A stretch of DNA of 64,000 nt, taken from assembly GCA_030390025.1 (NCBI GenBank), contig CM059438.1, positions 63,242,001 through 63,306,000 of the forward strand. The letters run 5' to 3'. Positions 22,590 through 36,307 of the stretch are shown here, one piece after another (positions within the stretch are counted from its first letter, which is position 1; each line of letters begins with the position of its first letter). A program made the position numbers and the translations under genes. The stretch comes from Squalus acanthias (taxonomy: Eukaryota). Below the pieces are notes generated by a model. That model was not told where the DNA came from. It saw nothing but the letters and a program-made list of their open reading frames with translations, and did no database searches.

Positions 22590-24770
22590 AACCCAAAACT
22601 AGGCATCCTTGAGGTTCTGTGGACCATCAGTGGAATTGTATACTGCCACAATCTGGAACCTCTTGGCCCAGCACATCCTTCCTTGATCACCATCAAGCCA
22701 CACCAACCCTGGTTCACTGCAGAGTGTAGGAGGGTGTGCCAGGAGCAGCACTAAGCATACCATGGGCTGAGGTATGAACCTAGTGATGAAGCTACCACAC
22801 AGGGCCGCCTGCATGCTAAACACCAAAAGCAGCAGGCTTATAGACAGACCTAAGTGGTCCCACAATGAATGGATCAGTGCAAAGCTCTGTAGTCCTGCTG
22901 CACCCCGTCGAGAATGGTGGTGGACAACTAGGCAACTAACAGGAGGAGGAGGCTCCTTGAGCATCTATATCTTCAACTATGGTGGAACCCAGCATGTGAG
23001 TGTAAGAAACATGGTTGCAGTGCTTGGAAGTGTCTAACACCAAAACTGCAAACTGGATTATCGTATTTGGTGTCCTTCCAAGATCCCCCACCATCATAGA
23101 TACCAGTGTCTAGCCAAGTGACCTTAAGAAGCAGCAGAGTGTACCGAACACAGCAAAACCTACGGGCACTGACAACATCCCTGCTGTAGCACTGAAGACC
23201 TGCACATGAGAGCTGCTCCCCTAGCCAAGCTGCCCCAGTACATCAATGACACTGGCATCTACCTGACAATTTGGAAGATTGCCCGAGTATGTCCTATGCA
23301 CAAAAACTAAGATAAATCTAACCCAGCTAATTCCTGCCTTATCAGCTTTCTCCCAAACGTCGGTAAAGCGATTGAAGGAGTCATCCATAATGCCATCAAG
23401 CAACACCTATTTGCCAATAAGCTGTTCACTGATGCTCAGTTTGGGTTCCACCAGAAGCACTTGGCTCAAGACCTCATCGCAGGCTTAATCCAGGCATGGA
23501 CACTAAAGTTGAATCAGTATCGGCAGCATTCGACCAAGAAGCACGAGCAAAACTGAGCTCACTTATGGCCAAAGGGAAACTCTCAAGTGGTTAGAGTCAT
23601 ACCTGACACATAAGATGATAGTGGTGGTTGTCAGAGGCTAGTCATCACTGCAAAAGGTCCTCAGGAAAGTGTCCTCAGCCTAACCATCTTCAGCTGCTTC
23701 ATCAATGACCTACCTTCCATCATAAGGTCAAAAGTGGAGTTGTTAACTGCCTATTACACTGTATTCAGCTCCATTCACAACTCCTCTGATAATGCAACAG
23801 ATAACATCCAGGCTTGGGCTGACAAGTAGCAAATAACATTTGCACAACATAAGTGTCAGGTAATGACCATCTTGAACAAGAGAAAGCCCAGTTACCTTCA
23901 AAGGCACCACCAACCCCTAGCAACATCCTGGGAGGTCACCATTGAAGCTTAACTGGACCAGCCATATCAACATTGTGGCTACAAGAACAGGGCATAGGCT
24001 GGATACTCAGTGACAAGGAGGAACTACTTCACTCAGAGGGTGGTAGGTCCATGGAATATGCTGCCACAAAAAGCTGTAGAAGCTACATCATTAAATAAAT
24101 TTAAAACAGAAATAGACAGTTTCCTAGAAGTAAAGGGCATTAAGGGTTACGGGGAGCGGGCAGGAATTTGGACATGAGTCTAGGTTCAGATCGGTCATGG
24201 CCCTGTGGGTAGTGGAGCGGGCCCAGGGACCGTGTAGCCTGATTCTGCTCCTATTTCGTGTGTGCAATTCTGTTAGATGCAGGAGATGGTTCTGTGATAG
24301 TAGATAGTAGATTGGCGGTTAGGATCAGATCAGCCATGATCTTATTGAATGGCGGAGCAGGCTCGAGGGGCCGATTGGCCTACTCCTGCTCCTATTTCTT
24401 ATGTTCTTATGTTCACCTCCTGACCTCTTGAAGTCTATCCAACATCTACAAGGCTCGATTCAGGAGTAATAGAATATTCACCATGTGACTGATGGGTGCA
24501 GCTGCAACAACACTCAAAAAGCTGGACACTAACTCAGAGCAATTTTCTTGATTGGTGCCTCTGACACTGGACTAAATATCGACCCCATCCAGCACCAGTG
24601 CACTGTGGCTGCAGTATGTCTGATCTACAGGATGCACTGCAGGAAACTATCAAAGCTACTTCGACAGTACCTCCCTCCCCGTGACCTCTACCACTGAGAG
24701 GGGTGGTAGAGAGAGAGAGCAGCAGTGTTGTGGGAACACCATCACCTCTAAGTTCTTCTCCTATCTGTTG
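22590..24770 (+). mobile_element. Old, decayed copy of LINE family L-A, with a CR1 3' fragment inserted at ~24015-24413
   Basis: Colinear degenerate similarity to 27650-29580. The inserted piece ends in (ttcttatg)n. Confidence 0.85.
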
Positions 24771-24894
24771 ATATTTCTGATTGAACCAATGGATTGTTGA
24801 AAACTATGAACTGCCGTTTTTTTTCTGGAGGTCTTCGAACATTGTATGCCAGTCCAATCATTGGAGCAAGAAGCTCAGTGATCAGTCAGATAGA

Positions 24895-25308
24895 AATAAA
24901 GAAAGAACTTGCATTTATATAGCACCTTTCATGACCTCAGGATGTCCCAAAGCACTTTATAACCAATTAAGTACTTTTGGTGTAGTCACTGTTGTAATGT
25001 AGGAAACGTGGCAGCCAAGTTGTGCACAGCAAATTCTCACAAACAGCAATGAGATAAATAGCCAGATAATCTGTTTTTTTTAGTGATGTTGGTTGGGAGA
25101 TAAATATTGGCCAGGACACCGGGGATAACACCTCTGATCTACGTCGAATAGTGCCACAAGATCTTTTACGTTCACCTGAGAGGGCAGACGGGGCCTTGGT
25201 TTAATGTCTCATCTGAAAGACACCACCTCTGACGGCACAGCGCTCTCCCAGTACTGCACTGACGTGTCAGCCTGAATTATGTACTCAAGTCTCTGGAGTG
25301 GGACTTAA
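24895..25308 (-). mobile_element. Deu-type SINE (SacSINE1-like)
   Basis: Antisense match to 39395-39855. Confidence 0.88.
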
Positions 25309-25379
25309 ATGAATTAATGGGGAACAGCCCTTTAAGAATATAGTTCTTTGTGTCTCAGAAGATTGCGGCTTTCTACTTA

Positions 25380-25735
25380 TAATCTAGGCTGACACTCCAG
25401 CGCAGTATCGGAGGAGTGTTGGATTATTGAACGCTCTGTCCTTCAGCAGTGGCGTTGAACCAAGGCCCCGACGTCAGTTCTGGTAATTCAAGTCGACGTT
25501 GAAAGGCCCCATGGCAACATTTGAAAAACAGTGGGCATTTTTTTTTCTGGTGTCCTGGCTAACCCTCAGCCAGTATCACCAAAAAAAAAATGAGCTGGCC
25601 ATTCCTTGGTGTTTGTGGGATATTGCTGGCACAGATTGGCTGTCATATTTGTCTACATAAACACTCGCTGTACTTAAAAGTAATCCAGTGGGTAAAGCGT
25701 TTTAAGTCTATTTAAGTCTGAAGCGCCTGATACCC
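25380..25735 (+). mobile_element. Decayed Deu-type SINE
   Basis: ctaggctgacactccag...aaccaaggcccc body; head-to-head with the previous copy. Confidence 0.7.
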
Positions 25736-26562
25736 ATTTACTTTGCTGCACTGCAGCCATGTTTTCTGGTGATTGGTGAACTGAGGCGCCCAGCCTACCC
25801 GTGCAGGCCAGCAAAGCATCGTTTTCCTTGTTGGTGTGTGTGGATCTTCCTTGGCCTGTCGGGGGAGGGTATGGCAGAGAGAAACAAAAAAAAAGTAATT
25901 GTGACTTATTTGCTGCAGCTGTGCAATTAAGGGGACAGGAATCATGAAGCATTATTGTGTACAAGCACCATAATGCTTTCACCAGTCACTACTGGAGAGC
26001 AGAGATCTTCATCGTGAAGGAAGTATTTAGCATTGGCGGTGGAGGGGGACGGTAAGCAATAACTAATCTAACGAACAAGAAAAACCATCTGAAATATTTC
26101 AATTATGTACTTTACTGTTAAATGATGTATAAGGGCAGGTATCAATTGTGAGAGATTGGAATTAAGAGAAGACCACATGGAATATTTATGAATAAAATTT
26201 GTGCAAAAGAGAGGGGGTGGTATGAACACAGTAGTTTGGGGGCTGGCATTGTTTGGTTCAGATACAAAAAAGTGGAAGAGTTTCAGAAAACGATGCATAA
26301 ATTAGAAGCAACATTGAAATGACTGGAAAACCTGCGTGAAACTCAGAAGCAGCTTGATGTCTCAAGGTGAGTACATTATCAGAAGGCAATGCTGGAGCTT
26401 TCAATTAACAAAACCATAACATTGAACTGCCATGTGGATGAGCTTAAGTGAAGGCAGTGCAGAGACCTGATCCCCAAATGGAGCAGGTATGTGCAGCTAA
26501 ATAGAAATAATTGATATTGATGTCACAGAAATATGGCTAGTAGTACATGATAGCTGTCATAT

Positions 26563-29500
26563 GAGGAACGGTAGCATAGTGGTAATGTCACTGGGCTAGT
26601 AATCCAGAGGCCTGGACTAATGATCCAGAGGCGTGAGTTCAAATCCTACCACGGCAGCTGGTGAATTTAAATTCAGTTAATTAAATAAAATCTGGAATAA
26701 AAAGCTAGTATCAGTAATGGTGACCATGAAATTACCGGATTGTCGTAAAAACCCATCTGGTTCACTAAAGTCCTTTAGGGAAGGAAATCTGCCGTCCTTA
26801 CCTGGTCTGGCCTATATGTGACTCCAGACCCACAGCAATGTGGTTGACTCTTAACTGCCCTCTGAAATGGCCTAGCAAGTCACTCAGTTGTAACAAACCG
26901 CTACGCAACACAATAATATGAATGAAACCGGACGGACCACCTGGCATCGACCTCGGCACCGGCTACGGACACGGCAGCGGCACACCCAGCCCAGTCGGCC
27001 CTACAAAATCCTCCTCATCAATATTTGGGGACTTGTGCCAAAATTGGAAGAGCTGTTCCACAGTCTATTCAAGCAACAGCCTGACAGTCATACGCACAGA
27101 ATCATACCTTTCAGCCAATGTCCCAAACTCCTCCATCACCATCCCTGGTATCTCAGGGGTGGTGGCACAGTGGTATACAATCGGGAAGGAGTGGCCCTGG
27201 GAGTCCTCAACATTGACTCTGGACCCCATGAAGTCTCATGGCTTCAGGTCAAACATGGGCAAGGAAACCTCCTGCTGATTACCACCTACCGCCCTCCCTC
27301 AACTGATGAATCATTGCTCCTCCATGTTGAACACCACCTGGAAGAAGCACTGAGAGGAGCAAGGACACAGAATGTACTCTGGGTGGGGGACTTCAATGTC
27401 CATCACCAAGAGTGGCTCGGTAGCACCACTACTGACCGAGCTGGCCGAGTCCTGAAGGACATAGCTGCCAGACTGGGCTTGTGGAAGGTGGTGAGAGAAC
27501 CAACACGAGGGAAAAACTTACTTGACCTTGCATCTGTCCATGACAATATTGGTAACAGTGACCACCACGCCGTCATTGTGCAGACGAAGTCCCATCGATC
27601 GTGTTGTGTGACACTACCACCGTGCTAAATGGGATAGATTCAGAACAGATCTAGCAGCTCAAAACTGGACATTCATGAGGCGCTGTGGCCGCCAGCAGCA
27701 GCAGAATTGTATTCCACCACAATCTGTAACCTCATGGCCCGGCATATCCCTCACTCTACCATTACCATCAAGCCAGGGGACCAACCCTGGTTCAATAAGG
27801 AGTGTAGAAGAGCATGCCAGGAGCAGCACCAGGCGTACCTAAAAATGAGGTGCCAACCTGGGGAAGCTGCAACACAGGACTACATACATGCTAAAAAGTG
27901 GAAACAGCATGCTATAGACAGGGCTAAGAGATCCCACAATCAACGGATCAGATCAGAGCTCTGCAGTCCTGCCACATCCAGTCGTGAAGGGTGGTGGACC
28001 ATGAAACAACTAACGGGAGGAGGAGGCTCCATGAACATCCCCATCCTCAATGATGGTGGAGCCCAGCATATGAGTGCAAAAGACAAGGCTGAAGCGTTTG
28101 CAAACAGCTTCAGCCAGAAATGCCGAGTGGATGATCCATATCGGCCTACTCCTGAGGTCCCCACCATCACAGAAGCCAGTCTTTAGCCAATTCGATTCAC
28201 TCCACATGATATCATGAAACGGCTGAGTGCATTGGATACAGCAAAGGCTATGGGCCCCGACAACATCCCGGCTATCGTGCTGAAGACTAATGCTCCAGAA
28301 CTAGCCGCGCCTCCAGCCAATCTATCTGTTCCAGTACAGCTACACCACTGGCATCTACCCGACAATGTGGAAAACTGCCCAGGTATGTCCTGTCCACAAA
28401 AAGCAGGGCAAATCCAACCTGGCCAATTACCGCCCCATCAGTCTACTCTCAATCATCAGCAAAGTGATGGAAGGTGTGGTCGACAGTGCTATCAAGCGGC
28501 ACTTACCAATAACCTGCTCACTGATGCCCAGTTTGGGTTCTGCCAGGACCACTCGGCTCCCGACCTCATTACAACCTTGATCCAAACATGGATAAAGGAG
28601 CTGAATTCCAGAGGTGAGGTGAGAATGACTGCCCATGACATCAAGGCAGCATTTCACTGAGAGTGGCATCAAGGAGCCCTAGTAAAACTGAAGTCAATGG
28701 GAATTGGGTGGAAAATGCTCCACTGGCTGGAGTCAATCCTAGCACAAAGGAAGATAAGATGGTTGTGGTGGTTGAAGATCAATCATCACAGCCCCAGGAC
28801 ATCGCTGCAGGAGTTCCTCAGGTCAGTGTCCTAGGCCTAACCATCTTCAGCTGCTTCATCAATGACCTTCCTTCCAAAATAAGGTCAGAAATGGGGATGT
28901 TTGCTGATGGCTGCACAGTGTTCAGTACTATTCACAACTCCTCATATAGTGAAGCAGTCCATGCCCGCATGCAACAAGACCTGGACAACGTTTAGGCTTG
29001 GGCTGATAAGTGGCAGGTAACATTCGCGCCACACAAGTGCCAGGCAATGACGATCTCCAACAAGCGAGAGTCTAACCACCTCCCCTTGACATTCAACGGC
29101 ATTACCATCGCCAAATCCCCCACCATCAACATCCTGGGGGGGTCACCATTGACCAGAAACTTAACTGGACCAGCCACATAAATACTGTGGCAACAAGAGC
29201 AGGTCAGAGACTAGGTATTCTGCGGTGAGTGTCTCACCTCCTGACACCCCAAAGCCTTTCCACCATCTACAAGGCACAAGTAAGGAGTTTGATGGAATAC
29301 TCTCCACTTGCCTGGATGAGTGCAGCTCCAACAACACACAAGAAGCTCGACACCATCCAGGACAAAGCAGCCCACTTGATTGGCACACCATCCACCACCT
29401 TAAACATTCACTCCCTCCACCACCAGCGTACCATGGCTGCAGTGTGTACCATCTACAAGATGCACTGCAGCAACTCGCCAAGGCTTCTTCGGCAGCACCT

Positions 29501-29810
29501 CCCAAACCCGCGACCTCTTCCACCTAGAAGGACAAGGGCAGCAGGCGCATGGGAACACCACCACCTCCAAGTTCCCCATCAAGTCACACACCATCCTGAC
29601 TTAGAAGTATATCGCCGATCCTTCATTGTCGCTGAGTCAAAATCCTGGAACTCCCTCCCTAACAGCACTGTGGGGGTACCTTCACCACACGGACTGTAGC
29701 GGTTCAAGAAAGCGGCTCACCACCACCTTCTCAGGGGCAATTAGGGATGGGCAATTATTGCTGGCCTTGCCAGCGACACCCACGTCTAATAAAAATGAAT
29801 TAAAAAAAAT
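26563..29810 (+). mobile_element. Apparently full-length CR1-group LINE (family L-A): tRNA-like head, a single disrupted EN-RT ORF from ATG 26918, and an A-rich tail
   Basis: A box at 26572-26582 and B box at 26635-26645. APE motifs (VGDFNVHH, SDHH), RT motifs (NYRPISLLS, DIKAAF, FADG). The 3' end is shared with 11461 and 36743. Confidence 0.9.
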
Positions 29811-29975
29811 AGATATGTTTTAGGAATAGGAAAATACCACTTAGGCAAAAAAACTCATTTTACATAAATCAACCACATCTTCCTACCAAATACTTCCATT
29901 CCCTCCTTCCAGTTGTTGCACATTTAATTGTCCCATGAACCCATTTATATAATCTGCTTTTTACTATTTGTTCTT

Positions 29976-30916
29976 TGTAGGATCCGTTCCTCCCCCACAA
30001 TGGTAAAAATTGGACTATGAAATATAAAAACCCAGAACTGCACAGCCCGCAAAAAGAGATGGGCAATAAAGGGTTAATTCAAACTATGAACCATCAAGAG
30101 ACTGAATATCAATGATCACAGACAATCTAAAATACGAATGCTTCTGAACAAGAACATTCGCATATTCATTTACCTTAAGGGGTTACATTGTTAAAGAAGA
30201 CCATGGCCCCAGAATAACCAGTATCAGTGCAGGCCTAGACAATGGGCTGGGCCTTGAACCATCTGAATACGAATGCTAACAGAAACCAACAACTAGCATA
30301 TGCAGTCACCTTGGGAAGGTTGCATTGTCAGAAAGGTATCTCTAATCAATGGACAATACGAGGAACAATTAGCCATCAAGAGTTCTCTGCTCGAGACATT
30401 CACACATTTTGAAACGGCCATCGTATGCCCAGGATATGTGTTTCAAGATACTTTAAGTTGGTTTTGGTTTAAAGTAAGAGGCACTTCGAAGACAGTCGTG
30501 TGGGAAGCCATCGGAAGAACAGCGAGCAGAAAGATTCGGGCCTACAATCAACTCCAGGAGACAGCCGATCGGGAGTGGTGATTGTATGTTTCAGTCAAAT
30601 CATAGAAGATGCTTTTGTGATTGAGTCTGAGTAACTTTATATGTAACAGTCAAATCGTGGATGGGTTTAACTGTGTCATATTGTGTCGATACAAATGACC
30701 CTTGCGAAGGGGTTTGTATTTTGGGGTTGTTAGTCTAATATAAATCGTAGGGATTTATACTGGGAAGGTAATTGTGTGTGTGTGTGTGTGTGTTCAATAA
30801 ACAAACGAATCAAAGGTTGAGCCAAAACCCTGTGCCGTGTCTATTTTGTTCTTATAAATCCTAACGTCCAAGAACTGTGTGTAACGTGGGACCAGTATCA
30901 GAGAAAACCCCTTACA
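29976..30916 (+). mobile_element. Solo LTR (941 bp; Gypsy- or ERV-type)
   Basis: TGTAGG...CCTTACA termini, exact 4-bp TSD TCTT (29972-29975 and 30917-30920), AATAAA at 30796-30801. Confidence 0.8.
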
Positions 30917-31071
30917 TCTTTGAATATGGATTAAACCATATTTTTATGGTCTGTACCCAGTTGCCCTGAGGAGGTGGTGGTGGGTCTCCTCCATGAAATG
31001 TACACTTCCCTGAGGAACTCCAGCAGTGTTGTTCTGGAGCTGCAATGATTGGCCTCCAACAATCATAGATT

Positions 31072-34000
31072 CATAAGAACATAAGAACATAAGAAATAGG
31101 AGCAGGAGTAGGCCATTCGGCCCTTTGAGCCTGCTCCGCCATTCAATGAGATCATGGCTGATCTTCTGCCTCAATTCCATTCACCGGCCTTATTGCCATA
31201 TCCCTTGATGCCCTTACTAGTCAGAAATCTATCGACTTCTGTTTTGAATATACCCAATGACTGAGCCTCCACAGCCCTCGGGTAGAGAATTCCAAAGATT
31301 CACCACCCTCTGTGTGAAGAAATTTCTTCTCATCTCAGTCCTGAATGGCCTACCCTTTATCCTGAGGCTGTGGCCCCTGGTTCTAGACTCCCCAGCCAAG
31401 GGAAATATTCTCCCAGCATCCACCCTATCAAGCCCTGTAATAATTGTGTATGCTTCAATGAGATTCCCTCTCATTCTTCTGAATTCAAGAGAATACAGGC
31501 CTAGTTTTTTCAATCTCTTCTCATACGACAGTCCCGCCATCCCAGGAATCAATCTCGTGAACCTTCGTTGCACTCCCTCTATGGCAAGTATATCCTTCCT
31601 TAGGTAAGGAGACCAAAATTGTACACAGTACTCCAGGTGTGGTCTCACCAAGGCCCGATATAATTGGAGTAAGACTTCTTTACTCCTGTACTCAAATCCT
31701 CTTGTAATGAAGGCCAGCATACCATTTGCCTTCCTAATGGCTTGCTGCACCTGCATATTCACTTTCAGTGACTCATGTACAAGGACACCCAGGGTTCTTT
31801 GAGCATCTGCATTCCCCAATCTTTCACCATTTAGGAAATACTCTGCCTTTCTGTTTTTTCTACCAAAGTGGATAACTTCACATTTATCCACATTATAATC
31901 CATCTGCCATGTTCTCGCCCACTCACTGAGCCTGTCGAGATCCCCTTGAAGCCTCTTCACATCCTCTTCGCAACTGACACTGCCACCTAGCTTTGTGTCA
32001 TCAGCAAATTTGGAAATGTTACATTTAGTCCCCTCATCCAAATCATTGATATAGATTGTGAATAGCTGGGGCCCAAGCACCGATCTTTGCGGTACCCCAC
32101 TAGTCACAGCCTGCCATCCTGAAAAAGACCCGTTTATCCCTACTCTTTGTTTTCTGTCTGTTAACCAATTCTCAATCCATGCTAGTATATTACCCCCAAT
32201 TCCATGTGCCCTAATTTTGTTCACCAACCTCTTGTGTGGGACCTTATCGAAGGCCTTCTGAAAATCCAAATACACCACATCTAACGGTTCCCCTTTGTCT
32301 ACTCCACTAGTTACATCCTCAAAGAACTCCAATAGGTTTGTCAAACAGGACTTCCCTTTCATAAATCCATGTTGACTCTGCCCAATCTTATTATTAGTTT
32401 CTAAGTGCCCAGTTATTGCATCCTTTATAATAGATTCCAGCATTTTCCCAACTACTGATGTGAGGCTAACAGTTCTGTAGTTCCCCATTTTCTCTCTCCA
32501 TCCTTTCTTAAATAGCGGGGTTACATTTGCTATCCTCCAATCTGCAGGAACCATTCCAGAATCTATAGAATTTTGGAAGATGACAACCAATGCGTCCACT
32601 ATCCCAATGGCCACCTCTTTCAAAACCCTAGGATGTAGGTCATTGGGTCCTTGAGATTTATCAACTTTTAGTCCCATTAATTTTGCTAGTACTGTTTTTT
32701 TACTAATAATAATTTCTTTAAGTTCCTCATTCTCGCCACACCCTTCGTTTTCTCGTATTTCTGGGAGGTTTTTTGTGTCTTCTTCCGTGAAGACAGAAAC
32801 AAAGTATTTATTTAATTTCTCTTCCATTTCCTCATTCCCATTATAAATTCTCCCATCTCTGACTGTAAAGGACTTACAGTTACCTTCGCCAGTCTTTTTC
32901 TTTTCACATACCTATAGAAGCTTTTACAATCCGTTTTTATATTTTTCGCTAGTTTTTGCTCACATTCCATTTTCCCTTTCTTTATCAATTTCTTGGTCCC
33001 CCTTTGCTGATTTCGAAAAAGATCCCAATCCTCAGGCTGACTGCTTTTTCTGGCAACTTTATAAGCTTCCTCCTTTGACTTAATACTAGCTTTAATTTCT
33101 TTTGGTAGCCATGGTTGGATCACTTTTTCTTTTGGGTTTTTATGCCCTAGAGGAATATATGTTTGTTGCAAATTATGCATTATTTCCTTGAATGTTAGCC
33201 ATTGTATGTCCACCTTCATACCTTTTAGTGTAGTTTCCCAATCTACCATGGCCAACTTGTCCCTCATACCCTTGTAGTTTCCTCTGTTTAGATTGAAGAC
33301 CTTAGTTTCAGATTGGACTACATCACTCTCAAACTTAATATAAAATTCAATCATATTATGGTCACTTGTCCCTAAAGGCCCCTTTATCACAAGATTATTG
33401 ATTAGCTCTTTCTCATTACACAGTACCAGATCCAGAATAGCCTGTTCCCTGGTTGGTTCCTCCACATACTGTTCCAGGAAACCATCTCGCATGCATTCCA
33501 AGAATTCGTTCTCCACACCATCAGTGGTAATTTGATTTGCCCAGTCAATATGTAGATTAAAGTCCCCCATGATTACCATCTTGCCCTTGTTACATGCACT
33601 TCTAATCTCTTGATTGATACTGTGCCTTACATTACCACTACTGTTTGGTGGCCTATACACAACTCCCACCAATGTTTTCCACCCTTTGCTGTTTCTTAGC
33701 TCCACCCAAACTGATTCCAGTTCTACATCACGATCTGCCAAGCCAAGATCTTTTGGGGTAAAAATTCAGTTGGTTGCGCCTCCCGTTAGCGCCTTAAGAG
33801 GGCGCTAATGGGGCGCAAAGCCGCTAACGCCCGGGCGCAGCGATGTTTGCGCCGCTCGAGAACTTAACTTGAGATTGTGCGGCGGCGCTAAAACTTACCG
33901 CTGCGACCACCTGCGCGCGCAGATTGTGACATCATTCCATGGTGCAACGCCCTTGTGGCGCCCCGGAGCGGAAATTGAGTGGCGCCCCCTGCCTTACCGC

Positions 34001-35595
34001 CTGGCGCATCCAACGACCAGAAGACTGGAACGCTATCAATCGCTGTGGGGCTGGGGGGGCGCTACTTAAAGGGGGCCTCTTCCTGTCTTTTATTGTTGGT
34101 GGCATTTTTGAACTACGCATTCTGAGAGAGAGAGGGAGAGACTTCTGGAGAGATTCAACGTTGTGTGAAGGAGTTTTGGGTACTGAGCAGCACTTTGCAG
34201 GTTCATTTTGATTTGCCATTCCTTGTATCGATTTAGCAGAGAGTGTGGGAGCTGCACTCTGAGCTCTTTGCCTGGTACTCTCCATTGTTCTTTCCAGCAC
34301 ATTTGATGTGCAAGTCTCTCCAGGCCGAGATTCAAGGCTGCAATGAACAGGATGTGGATGGAAAGCAAGATTAACCATCCCCTTTAAGAACTGGCCCGTG
34401 CCATTGTGTGTGTGTTCCATTGCTGACTGACATTACATGAGCTTCGCCAGCGCTCTGAGGTAGCGCCTCACTCCTTGGCCTTTGCACCTTAAGACAGGTG
34501 TGCAGCGCCTGCTTTAGCGCTCCACTCACCTCCCGGGGCGGTAAAAGTGAAGTTTCCAGTCAGTGCCGATAATTAGCGCCAGGCGTTAATATTTGCGTCC
34601 AGACGATATTTGCGCCCCAAATGGGGCGCGACCTAATTTCCACCCCTTTATCTCTACCGTACCGATCTCATCCCTTATTAACAGCGCTACGCCACCTCCT
34701 TTTCCTTTTTGTCTGTCCTTCCTAAATGTTGAGTACCCTGGAACATTCAGTTCCCAGCTTTAGTTACTCTGCAACCATGTCTCTGTAATGGCAATTACAT
34801 CAAACCCATTTACTTCTATTAGTGCCATTAATTCATCCACCTTGTTGCGAATGCTACGTGCATTTAGATAAAGTGCCTTCAACTTTGCCTGTTTAATATT
34901 TTTCTGCACTTTGACCCTCTTTACTGTTGGCCTTTGTTTCTGCTCCCTGCTAGTTTTGCTGACTACTTTTCTAACTTGCACTTCCAGCTTTGTTTCTCTG
35001 TGTTCTGGGCCCACACCTAGGTTCCCAGCCCCCTGACAAACTAGTTTAAATCCTTCCCAACAGCATTAGCAAACCCTCCTGTGAGGATATTGGTCCCGGT
35101 TCTGCCGAGGTGTAACCCGTCCAGCTTGTACAGGTCCCACCTTCCCCAGAATCGGTTCCAATGCCTCAGGAATTGAAATCCCTCCCTCCTACACCATCTC
35201 TCCAGCCACGCATTCATCTGGTCTATCCTCCTATTTCTGCTCTCGCTAGCACATGGCACTGGGAGTAATCCTGAGATTACTACCTTTGAGGTCCTGCTTT
35301 TTAATTTATTTCCTAGCTCCCTATATTCTGCTTGAAGGACCTCGTCCCTCTTTCTACCTATGTCGTTGGTACCGATATGGACCACGACCTCTGGCTGTTC
35401 ACCCTCCCCCTTCAGAATGTCCTGCAGCCGCTCAGTGACATCCTTGACCCTGGCACCAGGGAGGCAACATACCATCCTGGAGTCACGTCTGCAGCCACAG
35501 AAACGTCTATCTGTTCCCCTTACGATAGAATCCACTATCACTATTGCTCTCCCACTCTTTTTCCTCCCCTCCTGTGCAGCTGAGCCACTTGTAGT
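31072..35595 (-). mobile_element. Near full-length CR1 LINE (HER1-like): ORF1 with SGNH esterase domain (35041-35541) and EN-RT ORF2 (about 35014 to 31229), frameshifted near 32820 and interrupted by a MITE
   Basis: ORF1 motif DSIVR...LPGA...VHIGTND. ORF2 motifs [38 protein letters not shown]. (CATAAGAA)n tail at 31072. Confidence 0.96.
33755..34646 (+). mobile_element. MITE family A, copy 2, inserted in the CR1 endonuclease domain
   Basis: Colinear with 1671-2553; CR1 ORF2 resumes on both sides. Confidence 0.9.
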
Positions 35596-35599
35596 GCCA

Positions 35600-36307
35600 T
35601 GGCACAGAAGGCGGCCATTCGGTCCATTGAGTCTGTGCCGGCTCTCTGTAGAGCAATCCAGTCAGTCCCATTCCCCCGCTCTATCCCCGTAGCCCCGCAA
35701 GTTTATTTCCCTCATGTTCCTATCCAGTCTCCCCTTGAAAACATTGAGTGTCTCCGCTTCCACCACTTCTGTCGGCAGCGAGTTCCAGGTCCTCACCACT
35801 CACTGCGTAAAAAAGTTTTTCCTCACATCCCCCCTGTATCTCTTGCCCAAAACCTTAAATCTGTGTCCCCTAGTCCTTGTACCATCAACTCGTGGGAACA
35901 GCCTTTCCCCGTCTAGCCTATCCAAACCCGTCATAATCTTGTACACCTCTATCAAATCACCCCTCAACCTCCTTTGCTCTAATGAAAACCAATCCAACTT
36001 CTCCTGCCACCTTCAGGGACCTATGCACATTAACTCCCAGGTCTCTCTGTCCCTGCACACTCTTTAAAACTGTCCCATTAAGTGTATATTGCCTCTCCCT
36101 GTTCCTTCTGCCAAAATGCATCACCTCACACTTCTCTGTATTAAATTCCATCTGCCACTTGTTAGTAGGGAAAATGCTAGATTCTATTATTATGAAATTG
36201 GTAACCGGGCACTTGGAAAATCGCAATATGATTAGACAGAGTCAACACGGTTTTATGAAAGGGAAATTGTGTTTGACAAATCTATTAGAGTTTTTTGAGG
36301 GAGTAAC
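35600..36307. mobile_element. Mosaic of CR1 fragments (35600-36160 minus; 36161-36307 plus)
   Basis: FSLEQRRLRGDLIEVYK on the minus strand; VGKMLDSII...SQHGFMKGK on the plus strand. Confidence 0.85.

Noticed and set aside
31229..33741. 532-aa and 309-aa ORFs as a host gene or an active retroelement
   Set aside because: They are CR1 ORF2 pieces separated by a frameshift, and the endonuclease domain is broken by a MITE.
35041..35541. Stand-alone SGNH esterase gene
   Set aside because: It is the known esterase domain of CR1 ORF1, in its expected position upstream of ORF2.
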